Source of the DNA: a virus
Direction: 5' to 3' (one strand)
IMG/VR virus record: IMGVR_UViG_3300044645_002525
Span: 1 to 64,000 of that record
DNA: 64,000 nucleotides
Below, piece after piece: positions 38,564-47,798 of the stretch. Below the pieces are notes generated by a model. That model made no database searches. It saw only the letters and a list, made by a program, of their open reading frames with translations, and had not been told where the DNA came from. Position numbers and translations under genes: made by a program. Position 1 is the stretch's first letter; the number at the start of each line of letters is the position of its first letter.

Positions 38564-38766
38564 TGGAGGGGAGAAGATGGAATCGAACCACCATTGCCGA
38601 AGGACGGAATCGAACCGCCTCTGACGCCGTCGCGCCCACCAAGCCAAGGTGCTCTCCCAGATGGCCTAAGCGTGAAGCGATTAACAAGAGCTAATCGCTT
38701 CAGAGGCTTAGGCTCTATCTGCCCGATGCGGCGCCCGGAAATTTCCAGACCATGCAGAGCGGGAAC
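38564..38766 (-). ncRNA. Putative structured ncRNA ending in a tRNA-like domain with two T-arms
   Basis: Extended -10 TGcTATATT at 38773-38781; a long hairpin; then a GGGAGAG/TTCTCCC stem enclosing two TTCGATT hairpins; 3' end CTCCA. Confidence 0.5.
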
Positions 38767-38781
38767 TTGCTCAATATAGCA

Positions 38782-39513
38782 CTAAGCCTTGCCGTAGGCA
38801 GGCAAATTTAGCGCATTCGTCTCAAAAAAAGCTGGAACCGTACTGGCCCTAGTCTCATTTAGCTCAGGAGCCCTTCCATTGATAAACAACGCATCACTCT
38901 GGCGAAGCCAAAAATCTTTGTCCAGATATTTGTTGGACGACGTGCCAAGTCTGTCATAAATCCAAAGTGCAGTCATCTTGCGCAGTTTGTTCAAGCTTTC
39001 GCCATACTTCTCTCCAGCCTCTTCGCAGATTTTGGTGTGGCAAAAGGCGTGGCAAATCTCGTCGCGAGAAATGTCCGTTGCCACAGTGCGCAGCCCTTTG
39101 TCTCCATTGAAACGAAAGAACGGAAGAATAGTGAAGAACAGGCTCCGCTCAAGCACAGCCACTTTTGCCATGGGATGGGCAGGGTGATCAATCCATGCTT
39201 GGCGAATTTTGAAAGCTTCCTTCTCCGCCTTCTCATCCGTTCCATGGGCAGCAGCAACATAATTCAAAGCCTCATCATGACGCTCCTCATCCTTGATGTT
39301 GCTATAGATGCTTTCCACGAGACCAGGAGAATTAGGAAGCTCGCGCTCAAGCCCCTCCAGCAACATGTCCTTAACGGGGAGCTCAAGATGACGAATGGCC
39401 AATGCACGGAAAATGGTCTCTTCCGAGCCATTGACAAACTCCCCCTTGGTGACAGGCACTGCCTGCCAAGGACGCTTACGAGCAACTGCCGAGAAATAAT
39501 CTTGAACTGCCAT
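38782..39513 (-). CDS. nrdB: Ribonucleotide reductase class I beta subunit (ferritin-like, cyanophage type)
   Basis: HLELPV, DEERH, LERSLF and DEICH metal ligands; adjacent to the alpha subunit. Confidence 0.85.
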   Translation of the reverse strand: MAVQDYFSAVARKRPWQAVPVTKGEFVNGSEETIFRALAIRHLELPVKDMLLEGLERELPNSPGLVESIYSNIKDEERHDEALNYVAAAHGTDEKAEKEAFKIRQAWIDHPAHPMAKVAVLERSLFFTILPFFRFNGDKGLRTVATDISRDEICHAFCHTKICEEAGEKYGESLNKLRKMTALWIYDRLGTSSNKYLDKDFWLRQSDALFINGRAPELNETRASTVPAFFETNALNLPAYGKA

Positions 39514-39581
39514 TTTGATTACAAACGATGGTGAAAAGAGACAACAAAGGGCAGCAAAAGCTGCCCGTTAATCAATCGGGA

Positions 39582-41012
39582 CTACTCAGCGCAAGAGCTA
39601 CAGAAGCCCCCATCCAATGAACAACTTTCGCTCTCCTCAAGGGAGAAGAAGCTGCTCAGGCTCTCCCCTAATTCTACTCCAACATCGTCTTTAGCTTGAG
39701 TGCCAGCTTGCACTTGAAGAGCGTAATAAACAGAAGTTTGAGGACTATCAAGCCATTCCTTGATAAAGGCTTCGTCGCAAGAAACCATGTCAGACCACCA
39801 GTTCATGGAATAACCATGGAACAAGCCGGTGCGATGGAGAAGAGTGCAAATGCCATCGGCTACTTTGCGAAAATCGACCCAGCCCACTTCTTCTGCAATT
39901 TCCACCGGCCCATATTCAAAACGCTCTACGCCCATTGTTTCGCTGTCGCGATCAACAAGACGATCAATGGGAGGGGCAATTTCCGGGGCAGTGGTAAAGC
40001 CGCGAGTGTCTAGGTAGCGATAGGAGCATGATGCAGTGGGGGCAATACAGAATGCCCGTTCCATGCCATGTTCGCGAGCAATATCAGCAGCAGCGTCAAT
40101 CCCCTGATACAGAGCGTAGACGGCTTTCCCGGCCACGGTATCTTTCCAATGGTGCGCCCAAGGATGGGGGTCGTTCATCAGGAACGCATCAAGGGCTTCG
40201 CCAAATTCTTTATAGCTAATTCCATGGATGGAAAGAAAATTAGCCAAGCCAAGAATGCCGAGGCCCACTTGTTTGTCAATGGAAGGGGGAAGATATTCAC
40301 CAGTGTCCCCCACTCCAGTGCCGGGATGCAGCTCACAAAGCTGCCTCATTCCCTCCGCAAAAGCTCCCGCAACGCTGTCCAACGTACATGCGCCCAAATT
40401 AACGTGCTGAAGAAGGCAAGTGCCACGATGCGGAAGATACACTTCAAGGCAAACGTTTGGCCGTAGCCGCTTTTCATTATTGTCGTAGCGGATTTTGTTG
40501 AGCCAGAGATCGCCAGAAGAGATGGCACGAAGACAGGCATTAATCAGTTCGGGAGACGACGCAGAAAGAAAATTATCATCAACGTTCAAACAGCGCTTAG
40601 CCCAGGGAAGTTCACTGCGGGAAGTGGAAACAAATTCAATGGCATCAGGATGCGTGTAGTCAAGATGTAGCGTGACGGCGCCATTGCGAAACTTTCCGCC
40701 GCGACGAAGAATTTCATTGAGCTTGCTGTAAATTTTTGCAAAGCTTACTGGACCGCTGGCAATGAGCCCTTTGCCATTGTCTTCGCCTTTGGGACGCAGT
40801 TCAGAAAGATGCACTGCAGCGCCAGCAGCATTACGAAGGGCATGGCTCACGAAGCGCCATGAAGCCTCAATGCCATCCGGCCCTTCCATTGAATCATCCA
40901 CTACAAACGTGGTACAGCTAACGGCAAGCCTGCTTTCAGGATCATCAAGCCAATCTTGCACACGTCCTGTTCGGGCAATCGGCTCACATTTTGCCTTTTC
41001 CTTCAGCTTCAT
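39582..41012 (-). CDS. nrdA: Ribonucleotide reductase class I alpha subunit (short Cyano-SP type)
   Basis: VSCT, NVCLE, IAPTASCS, YY pair and C-terminal CSSC; no ATP cone. Confidence 0.9.
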   Translation of the reverse strand: MKLKEKAKCEPIARTGRVQDWLDDPESRLAVSCTTFVVDDSMEGPDGIEASWRFVSHALRNAAGAAVHLSELRPKGEDNGKGLIASGPVSFAKIYSKLNEILRRGGKFRNGAVTLHLDYTHPDAIEFVSTSRSELPWAKRCLNVDDNFLSASSPELINACLRAISSGDLWLNKIRYDNNEKRLRPNVCLEVYLPHRGTCLLQHVNLGACTLDSVAGAFAEGMRQLCELHPGTGVGDTGEYLPPSIDKQVGLGILGLANFLSIHGISYKEFGEALDAFLMNDPHPWAHHWKDTVAGKAVYALYQGIDAAADIAREHGMERAFCIAPTASCSYRYLDTRGFTTAPEIAPPIDRLVDRDSETMGVERFEYGPVEIAEEVGWVDFRKVADGICTLLHRTGLFHGYSMNWWSDMVSCDEAFIKEWLDSPQTSVYYALQVQAGTQAKDDVGVELGESLSSFFSLEESESCSLDGGFCSSCAE

Positions 41013-41098
41013 AAGACGACAAAAGGGGACCATGGTCCCCCGAGAATCAACCAAGGCAGGCTAGCGCAGGAAGCCTTCGGGAAAGAGGAAGAAAGCCT

Positions 41099-41290
41099 TT
41101 AATCGCAAAGCCCCTCGGAGTCTTCCATGGAAAGCAAATCGTTCACGAACAAACGAGCCTCGTTCATGGTGCGGAAATAATGAGGCTTCCCATCAATAGC
41201 GGCAAACCATTGGAACTCCGGCTTACTAAAGCAAGGCCACAATTTATAAGGGCCAATATTAAATGGCTGACGATCAGGAAGGCCCCACAT
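41099..41290 (-). CDS. Hypothetical protein
   Basis: 63-aa ORF co-oriented with neighbours. Confidence 0.5.
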   Translation of the reverse strand: MWGLPDRQPFNIGPYKLWPCFSKPEFQWFAAIDGKPHYFRTMNEARLFVNDLLSMEDSEGLCD

Positions 41291-41366
41291 AGAAGCTTTG
41301 CAAAGATCATCTCACGCTAGTTCTTTTCCATGGAAAGAAAAGCAACATTTAATACAAGCTTTCTTT

Positions 41367-42089
41367 TTAATCAAGCCTTAAGCTTCGCGCACTCTTGCGT
41401 TTCTTCGTATTTTCTTTCTCTGCTGCAATCAGTTCACTTTCGCCTTTTGGAAGCAAAGCAAATGTTTTGCCAGGCTTTTTGGCAATCATTCCTTCCTCCT
41501 CCAGCGCAATCAGTTGGTTATAAACAGTTTTGGCTTGATAGGCGTCACGATTGGCTTCGTGGTGAATAATGGCATTGGAAGTGGCAAAATAATCACAAGC
41601 CTCAATGTCTCCAATGGCCCACAGCACAAACGTTCGAGCATTCTTGACATAGCGAGGCAGGCGTTTCTCTTGATGCAGCTTTTCAAGAGACTGAGCCAGC
41701 CCTGGCCGCATGGGCGTCCATTGAATGCGACCTTCATGCCTGTTGCCAAATTTAATCTTTGCCTCAAGCGTTTGACAAGGCGCTTCGTTCTCAAGATATT
41801 TTTTGATTGCCATGGAAAGATGAAACCATTCGCCAGCGTGACGAGAATTGTCAAAGCGCTCGTGCAAATCCTTCTCATCGTCCCGATTGGCCTCAAAAGC
41901 TTTCACGACGATCAGCGTGTCTGGCGATGACGTGAGGAACGATGCAAAGCGTTCTCCTGGCGAGGCGGAGAAGCCGATTTTCACGTGATAGGGCATGCTC
42001 GCCCATTGAACGAAATACACCCAGCCTTCTGTTTTGCGCTTCTTTTCCTTTGGCTGGACCATGGCTTTGCTGCTGAGAACCCTCATCAT
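41367..42089 (-). CDS. GIY-YIG (T5orf172/MUG113-like) domain plus C-terminal winged HTH
   Basis: GWVYFVQ...VKIGFS...E..LHERF...GEWF; TVYNQL..LEEEGMI...LLPKG. Confidence 0.75.
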   Translation of the reverse strand: MMRVLSSKAMVQPKEKKRKTEGWVYFVQWASMPYHVKIGFSASPGERFASFLTSSPDTLIVVKAFEANRDDEKDLHERFDNSRHAGEWFHLSMAIKKYLENEAPCQTLEAKIKFGNRHEGRIQWTPMRPGLAQSLEKLHQEKRLPRYVKNARTFVLWAIGDIEACDYFATSNAIIHHEANRDAYQAKTVYNQLIALEEEGMIAKKPGKTFALLPKGESELIAAEKENTKKRKSARSLRLD

Positions 42090-42225
42090 ACCAAGATCGG
42101 GACAACAGGGACAAAACAGCTCCCAACAGCGTGAGTTACGATAGACGTAAGCGAAGCTGCGGCCTCATGCGGGCTAGATGCAGCTTCCTGGCTAGACGAC
42201 GCTCCTTCAGTCAGTGCCTCAAGCG

Positions 42226-42312
42226 AGCGTAGCCCCCCAAAGGGGCGGAGCGTCTACTGACAAAAGGCCAAACTAGCCGCGAAAAGCTAAACAAGCTGAG
42301 CCCCCAAGGGCG
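42226..42312 (+). repeat. Dispersed hairpin element, copy A
   Basis: AGCGTAGCCCCCCAAAGGGGCGGAGCGT...AAGGCCAA...GAGCCCCCAAGGGCG; inverted homologue at 57792-57917. Confidence 0.75.
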
Positions 42313-42674
42313 AGGCATCTAGACAAGCGGCGAAAATAAAAGGCCCGTACTAAAAAGCTGTCCCAGACTTATGTGATGGGTCGCTGAAATTGTGGTCGCT
42401 GCTGGGGAAGGGCTAAAAAGACAGTGGCAATACACAAAAGCTAGAGCAGCGGCCTTAGGGCCGCCTTTCACAGAAGGAAAACGATGGAGAAGAGAGGGTG
42501 CGAATTGTCTTGTGCTGGCTTTTTGTTCGTCATTACGGCGCTTGGGCGCCTCCATTGGTCTAGCTAATCGTCTGAGATCTCTAGAAATGCCTCAAGCTGC
42601 GTCCTTCGGACTTGCTTTCGGCATAGTACTACTAGGTTTTCGCTCGTTAATATTTTGCTAGCAATAACCCCACT

Positions 42675-43214
42675 ATGCTTCCCTCAGAAAAACAGTGCTC
42701 TGCATGCAAGAAATTGCTGCCAGCGGAAATGTTTGCTAAGGATTGCTCCAAAACAACCGGTCTTCGGTCCGCATGTCGGTCTTGTGAATCCAGTCGATAT
42801 TATGTAAATAACACAAGAGAAAAACGGCAATCTTATAGAAGGGCTAATCCAGTAAAAACAATTACAGCTTGGTTGACAAAAGGAGCCATCGCTAGAGCAA
42901 AAGAAAAAAATATTCCTTGCGATATTGATCTTGATTACATCCGTTCAATGGTCGGCAAAAATGCTGAATTCGCATCCCATTGCCCAGCTTTTGGAACAAC
43001 TCTTGACTGGTCGTGCGGAAACAGCTCGAAAAAAGGACCTCGCCCCAACAGTCCTTCCATAGATCGCATTGCCCCAGAGCGTGGCTATGTCAAAGGCAAC
43101 ATTAAAATTATCAGCTTCAGGGCTAATCAAATTAAAAGCGACGCATCTCCTTCAGAGTTAAAACTTGTCGCTGCTTATTGCTCCAAAGCAATAGTCGATA
43201 GCTTGGAATTTTAG
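42675..43214 (+). CDS. Zn-finger + HNH-like endonuclease
   Basis: CSACK...CRSC; CP...PSIDRI.PERGYVKGNI.IIS.RAN.IK. Confidence 0.8.
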   Translation: MLPSEKQCSACKKLLPAEMFAKDCSKTTGLRSACRSCESSRYYVNNTREKRQSYRRANPVKTITAWLTKGAIARAKEKNIPCDIDLDYIRSMVGKNAEFASHCPAFGTTLDWSCGNSSKKGPRPNSPSIDRIAPERGYVKGNIKIISFRANQIKSDASPSELKLVAAYCSKAIVDSLEF

Positions 43215-43589
43215 GAAGAAATTCCTGAACCATGCTCAGGCGCTAGGTATAAATACTTAGAGGCAAAAATCCGGATCATTTTTAGTCGCACTTTTGAGAG
43301 GATATACCGCGGCCCCCTATTTTACTTTTGCCGGGTTACCGCACCACAGCCCTTTGCGCTGTATCCGTTGATACCGTTTCACGCTACGTTACAAAAGCAA
43401 GTTTAATCCCGAGCTGTAATATCGGGATTTAATACTGACAGTTACAGTGTAATTGTGAGGGATACTCCCAACACTATGCAAGACAAAAGGCCCCACCTAG
43501 TGGCAGGGCCTTGCAATCCGACCAGCCTAAGGCCCTTTAAGGGCCTTGGTAGCTGGCCTGATTGTTGGGCCGCTGTGGGCCCTTGTGGT

Positions 43590-44044
43590 CTAGTTTGGCA
43601 GAGTAGGGAGGCTCACTAGCTCGCCGATATTGTGGCCTTTTTGTCTTGCTAACGCTGACATTTCAGAGTCGCTGAGATTTTCTAAAAGCTCCCAGTTGTC
43701 TGCAGTAAAAACCTCATCGCTTACCAAGTAGCAAGTGGATGCGCTGAGAACGGTACCGGTGCTGGCGTCAATCAGTAGGTAGTTTGAAAGGTCGGGCATT
43801 TGCTTAAAAGCGAAAAGATTGCAAAAGGATGGGAAGAAAGCTTTTCACGGGTCTGTGGCCGCTAGAAATGCCCGTAGCGGGCTTCCAAGGCTTGCAAGGC
43901 GCTTCCATATGGGGAAGCTATGCCAGTAGCTGTGAGCCGTCCCATGGGCGCTTCCAGCGCTTCCATCGGGTGAGAATTCTGCCAAGCTTCCAGTGCTACC
44001 AGTACTGCCAAGGCTTGCTCGTTTGAGAGGGTAAGGCGGATCAC
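43590..44044 (-). CDS. Two small hypothetical proteins (43590-43799; 43862-44044)
   Basis: Co-oriented ORFs downstream of 44041-44670. Confidence 0.5.
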
Positions 44045-44670
44045 TTGCCGGCCTCCATGGTGCCCACATCACGTCGTATCCGTTGCCAAACAGACCAAGT
44101 GATGGCCTGAATTTGCGCAGGACTGTAGGAAGTGCCCATAACGCCGTTGATCGTTTGGGCTGCTTGCCCATACGCCGCAGCTATAGTTTCGTAGAGTTTG
44201 GGAGATATTTTGGGCGTCTTTGTAGTAGGTACGTAACTGCCTAGCCAGATGGCGTAGGCATGTCCGTCAACACAGACGCCAGCATCGCCCAGAATGCAAT
44301 TGTAAAAGGCTCGCACCTTAAGCCCACCCAGAGCTTCCAAGGGATGCAGCCCACCTAGGATTGCAAGCGCTTTGTTTTTGTTGCCGTGAAAAGTACTCAC
44401 TTTAATCTGGCGAGCATCGGTGAGCGTACCGGCTGAGAAGGCGCGGCAAAGCCGTTCGGCGTCTGCCATATTGCGCGGCCACCGATTGTTAGGCGACAAA
44501 GCAGCCGTAACGCCAGCCACGGTCGAGACTGACAGGCCCGCTGATTGGGCCACGTCCGAACAAAAGGCCAAGGCATCCGCGTACCAACGAGCGCCTTTTA
44601 AGCGCTCCGCTGTTGTGGCAGCAAAGAACACGGCCAGGATGTTGCCGTGAGAGAGAGAGAGAGTTTGCAT
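44041..44670 (-). CDS. Conserved phage protein, possibly HhH-GPD glycosylase-like fold
   Basis: WY...ALSPNNRW..N...KVRAFY..I...VCVDGH...Y...AY...QIQAITW pattern. Confidence 0.55.
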   Translation of the reverse strand: MQTLSLSHGNILAVFFAATTAERLKGARWYADALAFCSDVAQSAGLSVSTVAGVTAALSPNNRWPRNMADAERLCRAFSAGTLTDARQIKVSTFHGNKNKALAILGGLHPLEALGGLKVRAFYNCILGDAGVCVDGHAYAIWLGSYVPTTKTPKISPKLYETIAAAYGQAAQTINGVMGTSYSPAQIQAITWSVWQRIRRDVGTMEAGK

Positions 44671-44707
44671 TGTGAGAGTTTGGAGAATTTGGAGAATTTG
44701 GAAGGAA

Positions 44708-45367
<660 letters not shown>

Positions 45368-45681
45368 GGAATCAAGTCATTAGGACTTGCCCATATAAAG
45401 GGAATTCCGCGGCAGGGTAAAGCCCTGATTAGGAGCGCCGATAGGAAGGCGCGATAAAGGCCACGCATAAGCGGATACGCTTATCAGTGCCTGGAATCGC
45501 TCGAAATGACAAGCTGCGCTGATCAATGCCGCTTTGCTGGCTCCCATAGGAAGAACGCGCGCGCACGTATCACGGCATCGGCCCATCAGGAGATGCTCGC
45601 AACAATCCGCAACAATCGACGCCCATACCATCGGACGGGCTCGATTCGTCAGTTGCATTACGTCTTGAAATACGTGCAAAC

Positions 45682-46439
45682 AGCAGCGAACAGTAGGCAA
45701 CAGCTAGCGGCGAACAGTAGGCAGCAGATAGCAGCGAACAATAGACAACAGCTAGCAGCGAACAGTAGGCAGCAGATAATGCCGCGCAGTAGGAGACAAA
45801 CAGCGGCAAACAGTAGGAGAGGCTCAGCGCTGCAATCCTGGCAAGCGGTGCTGTCAGCTACTGGCGCGCGCAGTAGGCATAAGCCACTGCTGCGCAATCC
45901 GCCGCCCATAGGCTCGCAAACTATCGGCAAGGGTGAGCATCACTCAGCGCGATTCAGTGAGCATCACTCAGCGCGATTCAGCGAGCATCACTCAAGGCCG
46001 CCACGGGTAAGGGTGAAGAACTGGCGCGAGAGGGTAAGGGTGAAGAGCTGGCGCGAGAGGGTAAGGGTGAAGAACTGGCGGCCACGAGTAGGCATCACAA
46101 ACCAGCGCGCGCCAGTAGGTATCACAAACCCCGGCGCACCAGTAGGCATCACTCAAGGCCCGCACCAGTAGGCATCACTCAAGGCCCGCACGTGTAAGGG
46201 TCACCTAAGGCCGTCACAGTTAGAGTAGAGAATTCGGCCATGCGGCTTGACGCATAGCCCCATAATGCCTCCAGGCGCATAGCCCCATAATGCCTCTAGA
46301 CGCATACAACGGCAGCGTTATGATGTGATGATGAGATGAAGCAATGCAAAAGAAGCGTAATACGGACCCAGCCTGCCCTGATACGGACCCAGCCTTTTCC
46401 AAAATACGGACCCAGCCTGCCCTGATACAGAGCCAGCCT
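45682..46439. repeat. Non-coding block of six families of 21-27 bp tandem repeats
   Basis: Examples: AGCAGCGAACAGTAGGCAACAGCT x4, GAGCATCACTCAGCGCGATTCAGT x2.5, GGGTAAGGGTGAAGAACTGGCGCGAGA x3, AGTAGGCATCAC... x4, CGCATAGCCCCATAATGCCTC x2, ATACGGACCCAGCC x3-4. Confidence 0.9.
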
Positions 46440-46469
46440 TGCTTGACACAAGACTGGCCTTGCGTGTTT

Positions 46470-47216
46470 TCAAATTTGGTAGCACCAGGAATCATAAGGG
46501 AGGGGCTTTTTCCGAAAATGCCTCATTTCTATGACAACACCACTCGGGGCAACTTGTTCCACTTTGCTATAAGCAATAACTGTATTTTTACCAGCCATCA
46601 ATTTGTCATAAAATTTTTGCAAAGTGATAGAGTTCGATATTTTCATCATTGGCACAACTAAATCGAGGTCTTGATGCTTCCAGTTGCAATACATGCGCAA
46701 TTTTTCAATGCAATTCTTACTCACTCCATATTCTTGGGAAATCTTATAGGCAGATTCTCCGTCGACAAGCCGCAAGCGAATAGATCTCACTTGTTCAGAA
46801 TTGAGCTTAGAGCTGGCCGAGGTATCTCCTATTTGCGTGTTTAGCCCATTTTGCCAGGCATGACGAGTGTTGTCATCGCATGTAATCCATTCAAGATTAT
46901 TTTTGTGATTATTTAGTTTATTTCCGTCTTTGTGGTTGATGCAATACTGTCCGCGATTGGTCCCGATTTCGCCGGCAGGAGGATCAAGCCAAACGGCTGC
47001 AACGAGCTTATGAATATAACGAGGCATTCCAGTCTTCCTGCCTGGAATCATCATCAGGCTTTGAAGATATTTTTTCTGGCCATCGAGATGCTGCGTCAAA
47101 ATGCGATTCTTGAAACAGCTCCAAACCTGCCCCTGCTCATTAATGAAATACTTGCCTGCGTAGCCTGGGATCTCCTTGAACCCTTCGGGCACGCCGCTAT
47201 GATTGCTTGTAGCCAT
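46470..47216 (-). CDS. NUMOD4-HNH homing endonuclease
   Basis: FKEIPGYAGKYFINEQGQV; IHKLVA...INHKDGNKLNNH..NLEW; C-terminal HTH. Confidence 0.9.
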   Translation of the reverse strand: MATSNHSGVPEGFKEIPGYAGKYFINEQGQVWSCFKNRILTQHLDGQKKYLQSLMMIPGRKTGMPRYIHKLVAAVWLDPPAGEIGTNRGQYCINHKDGNKLNNHKNNLEWITCDDNTRHAWQNGLNTQIGDTSASSKLNSEQVRSIRLRLVDGESAYKISQEYGVSKNCIEKLRMYCNWKHQDLDLVVPMMKISNSITLQKFYDKLMAGKNTVIAYSKVEQVAPSGVVIEMRHFRKKPLPYDSWCYQI

Positions 47217-47327
47217 GGCCAAACCCTCTTTGGTAGTGGTTAGAGACGTTGCGGGACTGGCATCCCGCATCGTCTCGCCATGCTAACAAGAAAGCTTGTT
47301 ACACAAGCTTACGGTGTGCAACACCGT

Positions 47328-47746
47328 TTATTCTTCTTTCCAACAGTTCAAAACAGTTCTCCCCTGTTCATCAAAGCGAAAGATGGCCCATTGGTAGTAG
47401 AGCGTGCCAAGGCCAATGGCTTGTTGTTCGCTGATGCCAGTAACAGCCCAACTCAGCTCTTTCCAGCTCCCGTCAGGAGCCATCCCCACCACTTCCTCCA
47501 TTAGGAACATCTGTTGATGTTCCCTTCCTGAACTCTGTTCAGGCATTGAAGCCTTTGAAAGCTGCTGCAGGCGCTTTTGGAGGGAACGATGGAGGGCAAG
47601 ATTGGCAGCGTCGTCTAAAGGCTCTGAGAAGGGGCAGCAGGCGGTGATGACAAACGTGGGGAAGCATGATGGTTGCCAGGACTTGCCTTGAGCATTAACG
47701 ATGATGGTGGAAGCGAAAGCTTGAGCAAGCACGGGAGAAAGTGTCA
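47328..47746 (-). CDS. DUF3293-like protein (start uncertain)
   Basis: VITACCPFS...N....L...W.E.SWAV...A..LG..Y.QWAIF. Confidence 0.65.
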
Positions 47747-47798
47747 AGAGAAAGGGGCCTGGAGGCCCCAATATAAAAAGCAAGAAGCGCTTATTAGT

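Noticed and set aside
38823-38831. T TTT TTT slippery run near the end of nrdB
   Set aside because: The -1 frame hits TGA immediately and there is no downstream ORF.
39582-41012. Class II (B12-dependent) RNR
   Set aside because: The adjacent ferritin-like beta gene and C-terminal YY pair indicate class I.
45506-46171. 221-aa + strand ORF as a real gene
   Set aside because: The open frame is explained by repeat units of 24 and 27 bp; low complexity and no clear RBS. Not fully excluded.
45682-46439. CRISPR array
   Set aside because: Units are tandem and near-identical with no unique spacers; the repeat family changes along the block; no cas operon is present.
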